Origin: Geopsychrobacteraceae bacterium
GTDB lineage: Bacteria; Desulfobacterota; Desulfuromonadia; Desulfuromonadales; Geopsychrobacteraceae
Reading direction: 5' to 3'
Length of the DNA: 64,000 nucleotides
Assembly (NCBI GenBank): GCA_963676795.2
Contig: CAXXTB010000001.1
Span: forward strand, 576,001 to 640,000
This document shows positions 1 through 9,526 of this stretch, one piece after another. Positions within the stretch are counted from its first letter, which is position 1; each line of letters begins with the position of its first letter. The position numbers were made by a program, and so were the translations under genes. A model generated the notes under the pieces. The model saw nothing but the letters and a program-made list of their open reading frames with translations, had not been told where the DNA came from and searched no databases.

Positions 1-3000
1 GCCTCCGAGGCGGGTGTTCTCGATGTCCCGCCGGAGAAGATCGTCCGCAAGGAGCGTCTGGCTCCGGGCAAGATGATCATGATCGACGTTGAAGCGGGAA
101 CCTACAAGGAAGACGACGAGATCAAGTCCGCCCTGGCTGCTGAGCATCCTTATTCCTCCTGGGTCAACGACTATCTGATCCGCCTCGAGGATCTGCCGGC
201 CCCGGCGACCAAGAAGGTGCCGAGCCTCGGCGAACTGCGCCACATTCAGGGCAGCTTCGGCTACACCCTGGAAGAGATGCGTATGGTCATGGCGCCGATG
301 GCATTGAACGGCCAGGAGCCGGTCGGCTCGATGGGGACCGATACCCCGGTTGCGGTTCTGTCGCGGCGCAGCAAGCTGATCTACTGGTACTTCAAGCAGC
401 TGTTCGCCCAGATCACCAATCCGCCGATCGATCCGCTGCGTGAAGAGATCGTCATGAGCCTGACCCAGTATATCGGACCGGCGCGTAACATCCTGATGCC
501 GGGTCCTGAGCACTGCCAGATGCTCGAGGTCGATCATCCGATCATCACCAACGACGTTCTCGAGCAGCTGCGCCACAGTGATCTGCAGAATTTCCGCGGC
601 ACGACCTTAAGCACCCTGTTCGATGCTAACGGAGAAGCCGGGGCACTGGAAAAACGCCTCGAAGAACTGTTCATTGAAGCGGAAGCCGCTGTCGATTCCG
701 GACGGACCATCCTGGTTCTTTCCGACCGTGGGGTCTGCGCCGAGAAAGCGCCGATCCCGGCCCTGCTGGCTCTGGCCGCGATCCATCACCATCTGATCCG
801 CTGCGGCAAGCGCAGCCAGTGTTCGCTGGTGGTTGAGACCGGTGAGGCGCGTGAGGTTCATCACTTCGCCCTGCTGGTCGGTTTCGGTGCTGCTGCAATC
901 AACCCGTATCTGGCCTTTGAGACCCTGCAGGACATGGTCAGCCAGGGGATGCTGCCGGCCCAGGACGGCAACGACAGGGGCGAGTCGGAGACCGATATCG
1001 TCAACCACTATATCCACAACTTCATCAAGGCGGTTGGCAAGGGGCTGCTCAAGGTCTTCTCCAAGATGGGGATCAGCACCCTGCAGAGCTACTGCGGTGC
1101 CCAGATCTTTGAGATTGTCGGTCTGAACCCTGAGTTCACCGCCAAGTACTTCCCGGGAACCGCCAGCCGCATCGGCGGTGTCGGCATGGAGGAGATCACC
1201 ACCGAGAGCCTGATGCGTCACAACGTCGCTTTCGCCGAGCTGATCGACAGTAACCGCGATCTCGACCGTGGTTCCGAATACCACTGGCGCCGCGACGGCG
1301 AAGAGCACCTGATGAACCCTGAGGTCATCGCCATGCTGCAGAACGCGGTACGCAGCGGCAACCGCGAGGAGTTCAAGAAGTTCTCGAAGATCGTCGACGA
1401 TCAGAGCGAAAAGAACTACACCCTGCGCGGCCTGTTCAAGATCAACAAGCTCAATGAGCCGATTCCCCTCGACGAGGTCGAACCGGTCAGCGCCATCGTC
1501 AAGCGCTTCTGTACCGGCGCCATGAGTATGGGCTCCATCTCGGCCGAGGCGCACGAGACCCTGGCCATCGCCATGAACCGCATCGGTGGCAAGTCGAACA
1601 CCGGCGAAGGGGGCGAGGATCCGGATCGTTTCACCCCGGATGCCAACGGCGACCTGCGCCGCAGCTCGATCAAGCAGATCGCTTCGGGACGGTTTGGCGT
1701 CACCCCGCACTACCTGGTCAACGCCGACGAACTGCAGATCAAGATTGCCCAGGGTGCCAAGCCGGGCGAGGGCGGTCAGCTGCCGGGCCATAAGGTCAGT
1801 GATTACATCGGCAAGCTGCGTTTCAGTGTGCCCGGTGTTACCCTGATCTCGCCGCCCCCGCACCACGATATTTACTCGATCGAGGATATGGCTCAGCTGA
1901 TCTTCGACCTCAAGAACTGTAACCCGGCCGCTGACATCACTGTCAAGCTGGTCTCCGAGGTCGGGGTCGGTACCGTCGCCGCCGGTGTCAGCAAGGGGCA
2001 TGCCGAGCGGGTCATCATCTCCGGTTACGACGGGGGAACCGGTGCATCGCCGATTTCATCGATCAAGCACGCCGGTATGCCGTGGGAGATCGGTCTGGCC
2101 GAGACCCAGCAGACCCTGGTCCTCAACGACCTGCGTGGCCGGATCATCGTTCAGACCGACGGTCAGCTGCGCACCGCCCGCGACGTCATCATCGCGACCA
2201 TGCTTGGTGCCGAGGAATACGCCTTCGCGACCGTCGCCCTGGTCACCGTCGGCTGTATCATGATGCGTAAGTGTCACCTCAATACCTGTCCGGTCGGTGT
2301 CGCGACCCAGGATGCGGCGCTGCGCGGCAAGTTCGCCGGCAAGCCGGAGCACGTGGTCAACTACTTCACCTTCCTGGCTGAAGAGATCCGTGTGCTGATG
2401 GCCGAGCTGGGGGTCCGTTCCCTGGAAGAGCTGGTCGGTCAGACCCAGTACCTGGCGATGGATGATGCCATCAAGCACTGGAAGAGCAAGGGGCTCGATT
2501 ACTCCAAGATGCTGGTCAAGCCGGCAGTCGGCCCGGAGGTGGCGATCCGCCGCATCCAGGGGCAGGACCATGGTCTCGACAAGCAGCTCGACCACAAGCT
2601 GATCAACCTGGCGGCTCCGGCCCTTGAGCGCAAGGAGAAGGTCACCATCGAGCTGCCGATCAAGAACAGCAACCGGACCTTCGGCACCATGCTTTCCGGT
2701 ATGGTCGCCAAGCTGCACGGCCGCGAAGGTCTTCCTGAAGGAACCATCGATGTCCGCCTGACCGGTATCGCCGGCCAGAGTTTCGGTGCCTTCCTTGCTC
2801 CGGGGGTCAATCTCTACCTCGAAGGGGAAGCCAACGACTACGTCGGCAAGGGGATGGCCGGTGGCCGAATCTCGATCCGTCCTGATGCGACAGCCACCTT
2901 CGCCTGGCATGAAAACTCGATCGTCGGCAACACCGTCCTTTACGGCGCCACCGGCGGTGAGGCGTTCTTCGCCGGTAAGGCGGGTGAGCGTTTCTGTGTC

Positions 3001-3408
3001 CGTAACTCGGGCGTCACGGCAGTTGTCGAAGGCACCGGCGATCACGGGTGTGAATATATGACCGGAGGCCGGGTTATCGTCCTGGGCCGCACCGGCCGTA
3101 ACTTCGCAGCCGGTATGTCGGGCGGTTTCGCCTATGTCCTCGACGAAGACAGCCGTTTCCGCCGTCGCTGCAACCCGGCCATGGTCGATCTGGAGCAGAT
3201 GAGCGCCACTGATGAAGACGCTGAATGGCTGAAGCAGATCATCGCCAAGCATTACGAGGAGACAGCCTCTCCGCGCGCTGCCGAGATCCTGGCAGACTGG
3301 GAGAATCAGTTGACTCGTTTTGTCCGCGTTTTCCCACATGAATATCGCCGCGTCCTGACCGAAATGGCAGCCGCAGCTGAAGCAAAGAAGGAGGCCATCC
3401 ATGGGTGA
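1..3408 (+). CDS. gltB: Glutamate synthase large subunit (5'-truncated at window edge)
   Basis: Frame open from base 1 (ASEAGVL...). Motifs QIKIAQGAKPGEGGQLPG, PPPHHDIYSIED, [3Fe-4S] CIMMRKCHLNTCPVGVATQ and C-terminal GXGXG domain (ANDYVGKGM, GERFCVRNSG). Confidence 0.97.
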   Translation, partial: ASEAGVLDVPPEKIVRKERLAPGKMIMIDVEAGTYKEDDEIKSALAAEHPYSSWVNDYLIRLEDLPAPATKKVPSLGELRHIQGSFGYTLEEMRMVMAPMALNGQEPVGSMGTDTPVAVLSRRSKLIYWYFKQLFAQITNPPIDPLREEIVMSLTQYIGPARNILMPGPEHCQMLEVDHPIITNDVLEQLRHSDLQNFRGTTLSTLFDANGEAGALEKRLEELFIEAEAAVDSGRTILVLSDRGVCAEKAPIPALLALAAIHHHLIRCGKRSQCSLVVETGEAREVHHFALLVGFGAAAINPYLAFETLQDMVSQGMLPAQDGNDRGESETDIVNHYIHNFIKAVGKGLLKVFSKMGISTLQSYCGAQIFEIVGLNPEFTAKYFPGTASRIGGVGMEEITTESLMRHNVAFAELIDSNRDLDRGSEYHWRRDGEEHLMNPEVIAMLQNAVRSGNREEFKKFSKIVDDQSEKNYTLRGLFKINKLNEPIPLDEVEPVSAIVKRFCTGAMSMGSISAEAHETLAIAMNRIGGKSNTGEGGEDPDRFTPDANGDLRRSSIKQIASGRFGVTPHYLVNADELQIKIAQGAKPGEGGQLPGHKVSDYIGKLRFSVPGVTLISPPPHHDIYSIEDMAQLIFDLKNCNPAADITVKLVSEVGVGTVAAGVSKGHAERVIISGYDGGTGASPISSIKHAGMPWEIGLAETQQTLVLNDLRGRIIVQTDGQLRTARDVIIATMLGAEEYAFATVALVTVGCIMMRKCHLNTCPVGVATQDAALRGKFAGKPEHVVNYFTFLAEEIRVLMAELGVRSLEELVGQTQYLAMDDAIKHWKSKGLDYSKMLVKPAVGPEVAIRRIQGQDHGLDKQLDHKLINLAAPALERKEKVTIELPIKNSNRTFGTMLSGMVAKLHGREGLPEGTIDVRLTGIAGQSFGAFLAPGVNLYLEGEANDYVGKGMAGGRISIRPDATATFAWHENSIVGNTVLYGATGGEAFFAGKAGERFCVRNSGVTAVVEGTGDHGCEYMTGGRVIVLGRTGRNFAAGMSGGFAYVLDEDSRFRRRCNPAMVDLEQMSATDEDAEWLKQIIAKHYEETASPRAAEILADWENQLTRFVRVFPHEYRRVLTEMAAAAEAKKEAIHG

Positions 3409-4879
3409 TCCCCGCGGATTTATGAAATATTCCCGGCAGGACAAAACCATCCAGCCGGTTGAACAGCGGATCAAGAACCACGACGAGCACTACAACTATC
3501 CGACAGAGGAAGAGGTCAAGACCCAGGCCGCGCGCTGTATGGACTGTGGTGTGCCGTTCTGCATGACGGGCTGCCCGCTGGGCAACCTGATTCCGGAATG
3601 GAATGATCTGGTCTATCGCGGCCAGTGGAAACAGGCGCTGCAGGCGCTGCACGCGACCAACAACTTCCCGGAATTTACCGGCAGGGTCTGTCCGGCTCCC
3701 TGTGAGGCGTCCTGTGTCCTTGGTATCAACGAGCCGCAGGTCACCATCAAGCTGCACGAGGTGTCGATCGTCAACAAGGGGTTCGAAGAAGGCTGGATCG
3801 TTGCACAGCCTCCCAAGTCCCGCAGCGGCAAGACCGTTGCAATCATTGGCGGCGGTCCGGCCGGCCTGGCCTGTGCCCAGCAGCTCAACCGTGCCGGCCA
3901 CAAGGTGACCGTCTATGAAAAGTCGGACCGTGCCGGTGGTCTTTTGATGTACGGTATCCCGCACTACAAGCTGCGTAAGGAAAAGGTTCAGCGCCGCGTT
4001 GACCTGCTGGCCGAAGAGGGGATCGAGTTCCGCTACTCCTGTGAAGTCGGCAAGGACGTTGTTTTTGCCGAGCTGAAAGAGCAGTACGACGCGGTCGTTT
4101 TTGCGAGCGGTGCCGAGGAGCCGCGCGATCTGCCGGTTGCCGGGCGTGACCTCGATGGTATCCATTTCGCCATGGAGTTTTTGCCGCAGCAGAACCGCGC
4201 CAATTGGGGCGACTCCGATCTGGCTGTCCTGCATCCCAAGCAGCAGCTGATCAACGCTGAAGGCAAGAAGGTCATCGTCATCGGTGGTGGTGATACCGGT
4301 TCCGACTGTATCGGCACCTCGCTGCGCCAGGGCGCGACCAGCGTCGTCAACTTCGAGCTGCTCGGCCAGCCTCCTGTTGAGCGCGCGGAGAACAACCCAT
4401 GGCCGCAGTGGTCCCGTATCCTGCGCATCAGCTCTTCGGTCGAAGAACTTGAGGCGCTGGGCGGCGACGTCGAATACGAGATCATGACCACCCGTTTTAT
4501 CGGCAGCGAAGGGAAGGTGACCGGCCTCGAGACGGTCAAGGTCGACTGGTCGACCGGCAAGCCGGAAAAAGTGGCAGGCAGTGAGAAGATCTGGGAAGCC
4601 GATCTGGTCCTGCTCGCCATGGGTTATCTGGGACCACGTCCGCAGGCTATTTCGCAGGCCGCCTGTGAGACCGATCCGCGCTCCAATATCAAGACCGACG
4701 CCAAGACCCGCATGACCTCGGTTGAAGGCGTTTTCGCCGCCGGTGACTGTCGCCGTGGCCAGAGCCTGGTTGTCTGGGCGATCAGCGAAGGGCGTGAAGT
4801 GGCCCGCTGTGTCGATGAGTACCTGACCGGCAAGCCAAGCCTATTGCCGAAGGTCAGACTGGAAACCTTCCAGTACTGA
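3401..4879 (+). CDS. gltD: Glutamate synthase small subunit
   Basis: RCMDCGVPFC-GCP Fe-S motif, GGGPAG and GGGDTG nucleotide-binding motifs, GDCRRGQSLVVWAI; overlaps the gltB stop. Confidence 0.97.
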   Translation: MGDPRGFMKYSRQDKTIQPVEQRIKNHDEHYNYPTEEEVKTQAARCMDCGVPFCMTGCPLGNLIPEWNDLVYRGQWKQALQALHATNNFPEFTGRVCPAPCEASCVLGINEPQVTIKLHEVSIVNKGFEEGWIVAQPPKSRSGKTVAIIGGGPAGLACAQQLNRAGHKVTVYEKSDRAGGLLMYGIPHYKLRKEKVQRRVDLLAEEGIEFRYSCEVGKDVVFAELKEQYDAVVFASGAEEPRDLPVAGRDLDGIHFAMEFLPQQNRANWGDSDLAVLHPKQQLINAEGKKVIVIGGGDTGSDCIGTSLRQGATSVVNFELLGQPPVERAENNPWPQWSRILRISSSVEELEALGGDVEYEIMTTRFIGSEGKVTGLETVKVDWSTGKPEKVAGSEKIWEADLVLLAMGYLGPRPQAISQAACETDPRSNIKTDAKTRMTSVEGVFAAGDCRRGQSLVVWAISEGREVARCVDEYLTGKPSLLPKVRLETFQY

Positions 4880-4900
4880 TAGCTCTATAGCAAAAAATAA

Positions 4901-4938
4901 AAAGCCCCGGTTTCGTAAGAGACCGGGGCTTTTTTTTT
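4901..4938 (+). terminator. Rho-independent terminator after gltD
   Basis: gccccggtttc-gtaa-gagaccggggc hairpin followed by T9 and preceded by an A-tract. Confidence 0.9.
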
Positions 4939-4968
4939 GAATGTCATCGTAACACGCAAGTGTTGCTC

Positions 4969-5337
4969 CGGTTCTGCCCGTGTGCTGAGCTTGCTCAGCG
5001 CAGGGCGTGTTGTCAGTTGCCGGTATGAAGCTACGCAGCAACGTAGATCAATGTGAGACATATTAAAAAAGGATCTTTTGGTTCCTTTTGGAGCCCAGCC
5101 AAAAGGAACTCGGCGTGCGGGGCCGAGACCCCGCGATTTTGACTTTTTTCTATGAATTCACAAGCAAAACCGCCGGTTCTCGCACCGGCAGGCGACATCC
5201 TTTTTCCAACGTTGAAAAAGGATGCAAAAAAACTTTTTTAAATACTGACGTCAATTGTTCATGTCATCTGCCGACGGATAGCACTTGCCAAACGGAAAGC
5301 GCCCGGCGAGGAGCAAGCTCCTCAAACGGGCAACACC
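4969..5337. repeat. Composite inverted structured intergenic repeat (REP/REPIN-like), copy 1
   Basis: Two ~170-bp modules in inverted orientation, each GGT(TC/GT)TGCCCGT-hairpin-GGGCG ... TTTTG-stem1-TCG-stem2(NCGAGA loop). Related copy at 62885-63285. Confidence 0.8.
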
Positions 5338-5531
5338 TGAGGGTCCAAAAACGGCCCGATTTTATAGAAAAAAGCCGGTTATTTGTCTTTTTAAGTTATT
5401 GAAAATACGGGAATACAACTCGACATCGGGTGGCAATTCTATCGATGTCGAATGAAACGATTGTTTGAATTCGCTATGGTTGACTCATCGAGCAAGCACG
5501 CAGCAAGACAACCATAATAAAGGAGAACGAC

Positions 5532-5939
5532 ATGAAACGGATTATGACGATACTGGCAGTAATGATGGTGATTGTGACAGTTCCCGTACTGGCCTCGGCG
5601 AAAGAGCAGCGCCATGACTCAGGAAAAGAGTCAAGCTACCGGCAGGATGATCGGCACGATAGTCGTTATCAGAAACCGGACCAGCGTAATGAACAGAGAC
5701 CGAGATATGTCCAGCGGCACAATGAGCATAAGCGTGACAATCGGGACAACAGATGGGAAATGCGCAGCATCAGACACCAGGACAGACACGAATATCAGCA
5801 CAGACCAGTCGTTTATGCCCCGGTTCATTACCCGGCTCCAAGGGTCATCGTACCAGTTCGTCCGCCGGTTCCCAAGGTTGTTGCACCAGTCGTGATCGGA
5901 CTGCCGATCCCGCACGTTGTTCTGAACTTTGACTGGTAG
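5532..5939 (+). CDS. Secreted low-complexity hypothetical protein (Arg/His/Asp-rich core, Pro/Val-rich C-terminus)
   Basis: AAGGAG RBS, N-terminal signal peptide (MKRIMTILAV...ASA), downstream terminator. Confidence 0.75.
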   Translation: MKRIMTILAVMMVIVTVPVLASAKEQRHDSGKESSYRQDDRHDSRYQKPDQRNEQRPRYVQRHNEHKRDNRDNRWEMRSIRHQDRHEYQHRPVVYAPVHYPAPRVIVPVRPPVPKVVAPVVIGLPIPHVVLNFDW

Positions 5940-5963
5940 CAGTTCAGAACCTTGAATTCATCA

Positions 5964-5991
5964 ACGCCGGCACTCGTGTCGGCGTCTTTTT
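5964..5991 (+). terminator. Rho-independent terminator
   Basis: acgccggcac/gtgtcggcgt stem followed by a T-tract. Confidence 0.7.
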
Positions 5992-6049
5992 ATGACTAAT
6001 TTCATGACCGGGAACTTTCCGATTCAAATGCAGACCGGAGTGTTATCCG

Positions 6050-6934
6050 TCAGGCAACCCTGGTCCTGTCAGGGTTGAAACGCAGGCGATAGCTGCAGCG
6101 GCGACACAGTTCTTCTGCAATTCTGTGCTGAATGAAACCGTTGCGGATCTGTTGGGCGCGCGGACCGGCAAGAATGTCGTGAAGCGGGGATTCGTCCAGC
6201 GAGCCGAGCGGCATCTGCCCTTCAAAGTCGAGGCAGCAGGGGACAACGGTACCGTCAACCAGAATGGCGCATTGGTCGCGCAGCCCCTGGCAGGTGCCGA
6301 TGTCGCCTAGGGCTTCAGCATCCATAGATGGCCAGCAGAAGCGCGATGCAAACTGCAGGGAGATGTTGCCGCTCAGTTTGATCATCTCCTTTTCAGCACC
6401 ATCTTCGGCCAGTGCTGCCGGCAGTTCGAAAACCCGTTCCAGCGAGGCGAGGATACGCCGATTCAGCAGCAGGTCTTTCGCGTCGCTGCTCCCCTTGTTC
6501 CACAGGCGCAGAATGACCCATAATTTCTGATCTTGTGCATGTTCAGCAAAGCTCCCGACATGACCGATAAAATCATCAATTTCAGCGGGACTGATATCCT
6601 TAGGCAGACTGTGCAGTGATATGCTGATCTGGCGCAACGCCGGCTTGTCGAGCAGCTTGTCTGCCAGGTCAGGCAGCAGGCGGCCGTTGGTCACCAGGTA
6701 GACGTCGTACTTATAGGGTTCGCACAGTTCAAGAAACTCACCAAGCTGCGGGTGAAGCAGCGGTTCGCCCATGACATGGAAAAAGACCCGTTGAGAGATC
6801 CCCTGAATCTGTCCAAGAATCTCCCGGAACAGCCCGCTGTCCATGAACTGTGGCGGTCTGGTGGTTCTGCCGCAGAAGGAACAGGCCAGGTTGCAGGCGG
6901 TGGTGATTTCGATATAGGTTTTTCGCAGTTTCAC
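6050..6934 (-). CDS. Radical SAM protein with SPASM/twitch-type C-terminal Cys cluster
   Basis: CNLACSFC motif, GEPLLHP, C-terminal C...DGTVVPCCLD...CRRC. Confidence 0.88.
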   Translation of the reverse strand: MKLRKTYIEITTACNLACSFCGRTTRPPQFMDSGLFREILGQIQGISQRVFFHVMGEPLLHPQLGEFLELCEPYKYDVYLVTNGRLLPDLADKLLDKPALRQISISLHSLPKDISPAEIDDFIGHVGSFAEHAQDQKLWVILRLWNKGSSDAKDLLLNRRILASLERVFELPAALAEDGAEKEMIKLSGNISLQFASRFCWPSMDAEALGDIGTCQGLRDQCAILVDGTVVPCCLDFEGQMPLGSLDESPLHDILAGPRAQQIRNGFIQHRIAEELCRRCSYRLRFNPDRTRVA

Positions 6935-7191
6935 GTTTGTGTCTTTGTTCGTCTCGTCAGTGTAGAGTCCGCGTTAGAGAGTCCGACAGTGTCAGCCATA
7001 AGGGTCAGGTCTGCCCTTGGCTTTTGTAGTGTTGATAAAATACCAGAAATTTTCGAGTTGAAGAAGTTTCTGGCATTTTTTATTCATTTCTCTACGACCA
7101 TTCAAGAGAAAACGGATTGAGAAACTGACAGTTTTGTTGCAGGTTCTTGTCAACGGGACCTGATTTGGCCTTTTGGCAGGCACTGTCCCAG

Positions 7192-7307
7192 TTTTCCCGT
7201 ACGGTAATACATCGCTTGAACGCTAGAAAAACTTAGCCTTTTATCCCGTTCAGTAAAAAGATTTGATAATCCTTCTGTTTTGAAGTAAATTTTACCGAAC
7301 GGTAAAA
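7192..7307. promoter_or_regulatory. Three 18-bp palindromic operators upstream of hipBA
   Basis: ttttcccg-ta-cggtaata (7192), ttatcccg-tt-cagtaaaa (7241), ttttaccg-aa-cggtaaaa (7290); starts exactly 49 bp apart. Confidence 0.75.
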
Positions 7308-7317
7308 GGGAGTGGCG

Positions 7318-7557
7318 ATGAGCAATTTAACCTTATCACTGACAGCTGTTTCCAGCTCTGAAATTCTTGGCGCTTTGTTGCGCCGCAAGAGAAAGGCTCA
7401 GGGGCTGACGCTTGAACTGGTGTCGCAGCACAGCGGGTTGAGTATGCGTTTTATCTCCGAGGTTGAGCGGGGGAAAGCGACGGCAGAGATCGGCAAGGTG
7501 CTGCAGTTACTGGCGACCATCGGCATCGATCTTTATGCCGATAGCAGGGAGTCTTAA
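7318..7557 (+). CDS. hipB: HipB-like XRE helix-turn-helix antitoxin
   Basis: Short XRE HTH (RKAQGLTL...SGLSMRFISEVERGK), 3 bp upstream of a HipA kinase. ATG 7318 follows an AGGGAG RBS (alternative GTG 7312). Confidence 0.85.
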   Translation: MSNLTLSLTAVSSSEILGALLRRKRKAQGLTLELVSQHSGLSMRFISEVERGKATAEIGKVLQLLATIGIDLYADSRES

Positions 7558-7560
7558 ACC

Positions 7561-8814
7561 ATGCTTGAAAAGCTGATCGCCTATTATGCGGGTGAGCCTG
7601 TCGGGGTTTTGCAGCGTGAAGGGGACAGCTATGTTTTCCAGTATACGCATGACTGGCTTACCGGTGATCTGGCGATTCCGCTCTCGCTTTCACTCCCCTT
7701 GCAGGAAGCTCCTTTTACCGCGGCTCAAACTCAGCCGTTTTTTTCCAACCTGCTGCCGGAAGGGCAATTCCGTGATCACATAGCCGGGAAATACCGGATT
7801 TCGGCGGATGATGATTTTGCTCTGCTTGCGGTGTTGGCCGGAGACTGCGCCGGGGCAATCAGTCTCTGCCCTGAGGGTTCATCTGCTCCGGATCATGGCC
7901 AATATCAGTATCGTCGCCTTTCTGATGATGATCAGCGGCAGATGTTTGACGAAGCCTTCATCATGGACCTGACGTTTCTTTCCCCTCGCGAACAGACCCG
8001 ACTGTCACTGGCCGGAGTGCAGGATAAATTGCCGGTTGCGATTTTTGCTGATCAACTTTTCCTGCCGCTGAACGGCGCACCGAGCAGTCATATCCTCAAG
8101 CCGCAACATCCGCGATGGAAGCATCTGGTCGAGAATGAGACCTTTTGCATGGCTCTGGCCGGGGCCATGGGGCTGAATGTGCCGGATAGTTATATGTTGG
8201 ACGGAGCCGAACGAGCTTATGTTGTGAAACGCTATGATCGCCGGAGTGGGGATAACGGTGAGATCTACCGCATTCATCAGGAAGATTTCTGTCAGGCGCT
8301 TGGTCTCTCTTACCGCAGAAAGTATCAGGAACAGGGCGGACCGGGTTTTAAAGATTGTTTTGCTCTGTTGCAGCGCTGTCAGAACCCGCTGGTTGAGCGG
8401 ATTCGCCTGATCGAGCTTGCTATCTTCAACCTGCTGATCGGCAATAACGATTGTCACGCCAAGAATATTTCATTGCTCTATGCTGCGGGGCGCAATCCAT
8501 CGCTGGCCCCTTTTTATGATCTGGTCTGTGTCGCCGCTTATAATTTACCTGCTGAGATGGCGATGTGTATCGGTGGCGTTTTTCATCCGCGAGATCTGCA
8601 GTTGGAAGCCTGGCAACAGTTTGCCCGTGATATAGGGATGGCTTCGTTAAAACCGCTTCTGTCCACTCTGAAACAGATGGCCACTAAGATTCCCGTGGTG
8701 GCTCATGATGTGGCTGACAAGATGATTCACACGTATGGTGATAGCCCTATTTACCGAGAGATTCACGGACAGATTGAACATCGGGCGGCAGTTGTTCTAC
8801 GCCAGATCGCCTGA
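7561..8814 (+). CDS. hipA: HipA-family Ser/Thr kinase toxin
   Basis: FFSNLLPEG N-terminal couple domain, SLAGVQDK P-loop, HQEDFCQALG, GNNDCHAKNIS catalytic motif, LAPFYD. Confidence 0.93.
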   Translation: MLEKLIAYYAGEPVGVLQREGDSYVFQYTHDWLTGDLAIPLSLSLPLQEAPFTAAQTQPFFSNLLPEGQFRDHIAGKYRISADDDFALLAVLAGDCAGAISLCPEGSSAPDHGQYQYRRLSDDDQRQMFDEAFIMDLTFLSPREQTRLSLAGVQDKLPVAIFADQLFLPLNGAPSSHILKPQHPRWKHLVENETFCMALAGAMGLNVPDSYMLDGAERAYVVKRYDRRSGDNGEIYRIHQEDFCQALGLSYRRKYQEQGGPGFKDCFALLQRCQNPLVERIRLIELAIFNLLIGNNDCHAKNISLLYAAGRNPSLAPFYDLVCVAAYNLPAEMAMCIGGVFHPRDLQLEAWQQFARDIGMASLKPLLSTLKQMATKIPVVAHDVADKMIHTYGDSPIYREIHGQIEHRAAVVLRQIA

Positions 8815-8888
8815 CCCTGTTGAAGAGTCTGCCATCAAAAAAGGGGGGGGGGCGACCCTTGGCTTTATTGGAGATTTCTTGATAAACG

Positions 8889-8929
8889 AAAAAGGCTGCA
8901 GATACACATACCGTATCTGCAGCCTTTTT
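8889..8929. terminator. Bidirectional terminator between convergent hipA and rnfE
   Basis: aaaaaggctgcagatac-loop-gtatctgcagccttttt. Confidence 0.85.
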
Positions 8930-8935
8930 ATTTGC

Positions 8936-9526
8936 TCAGCCCTTCTGTCCGCACCTGGTCATCAGCGCCAGCAAGAGCCCCAGGGTGATGAAGGCGCCCG
9001 GTGGCAGGATCATCAGCAGCATCGGCTGGTAGGAACCGCCGAAGATAGTGAAACCCAGGATCGAACCGGCACCGAACAGTTCGCGAACAGCCCCTAAGAT
9101 AAACAGCGCCAGGGTGAAGCCGATCCCCATGCCGACCCCGTCGAAGATCGAACGTAAGGTGCCGTTCTTCGATGCGAAGGCTTCAGCGCGGCCTAAGATC
9201 AGGCAGTTGACGACGATCAGCGGGATAAAGATGCCAAGGGCCTGGTAGAGATCAAAGATCCAGGCTTCCATCGCCAGCTGCACGACGGTGACGAAGGAGG
9301 CGATGATGATGATAAAGGCCGGGATACGCACGCCGGATGGAATCAGCTTTCTAAGTAACGAAACGACGATATTCGAACAGATCAGGACGAAGGTGGTTGC
9401 CAGCCCCATGCCGATGCCGTTTTCAGCACTGGTGGTGACCGCCAGGGTCGGACACATCCCGAGCAGCAGTTTGAAGACGGCGTTCTCGGTCCAGATCCCT
9501 TTGGTAAAATCCTGCATCAGGCTCAT
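8936..9526 (-). CDS. rnfE: Rnf complex subunit E
   Basis: LLGMCPTLAVT, FIPLIVVNC-ILGRAEAFA, LPPGAF. Confidence 0.95.
   Translation of the reverse strand: MSLMQDFTKGIWTENAVFKLLLGMCPTLAVTTSAENGIGMGLATTFVLICSNIVVSLLRKLIPSGVRIPAFIIIIASFVTVVQLAMEAWIFDLYQALGIFIPLIVVNCLILGRAEAFASKNGTLRSIFDGVGMGIGFTLALFILGAVRELFGAGSILGFTIFGGSYQPMLLMILPPGAFITLGLLLALMTRCGQKG

Noticed and set aside
607..4234. Long antisense ORFs (607-2001, 2056-3474, 3239-4234)
   Set aside because: Shadows of the GC3-rich gltB/gltD genes with no motifs. The same applies to 24586-25869, 44233-45444 and 53557-54846.
5088..5402. 104-aa ORF
   Set aside because: Lies within the structured repeat; no RBS or protein-like features.
7192..7307. 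CRISPR-like mini-array (18-bp repeats, 31-bp spacers)
   Set aside because: Repeats are too short and degenerate, no cas genes are present, and the position fits HipB operators.
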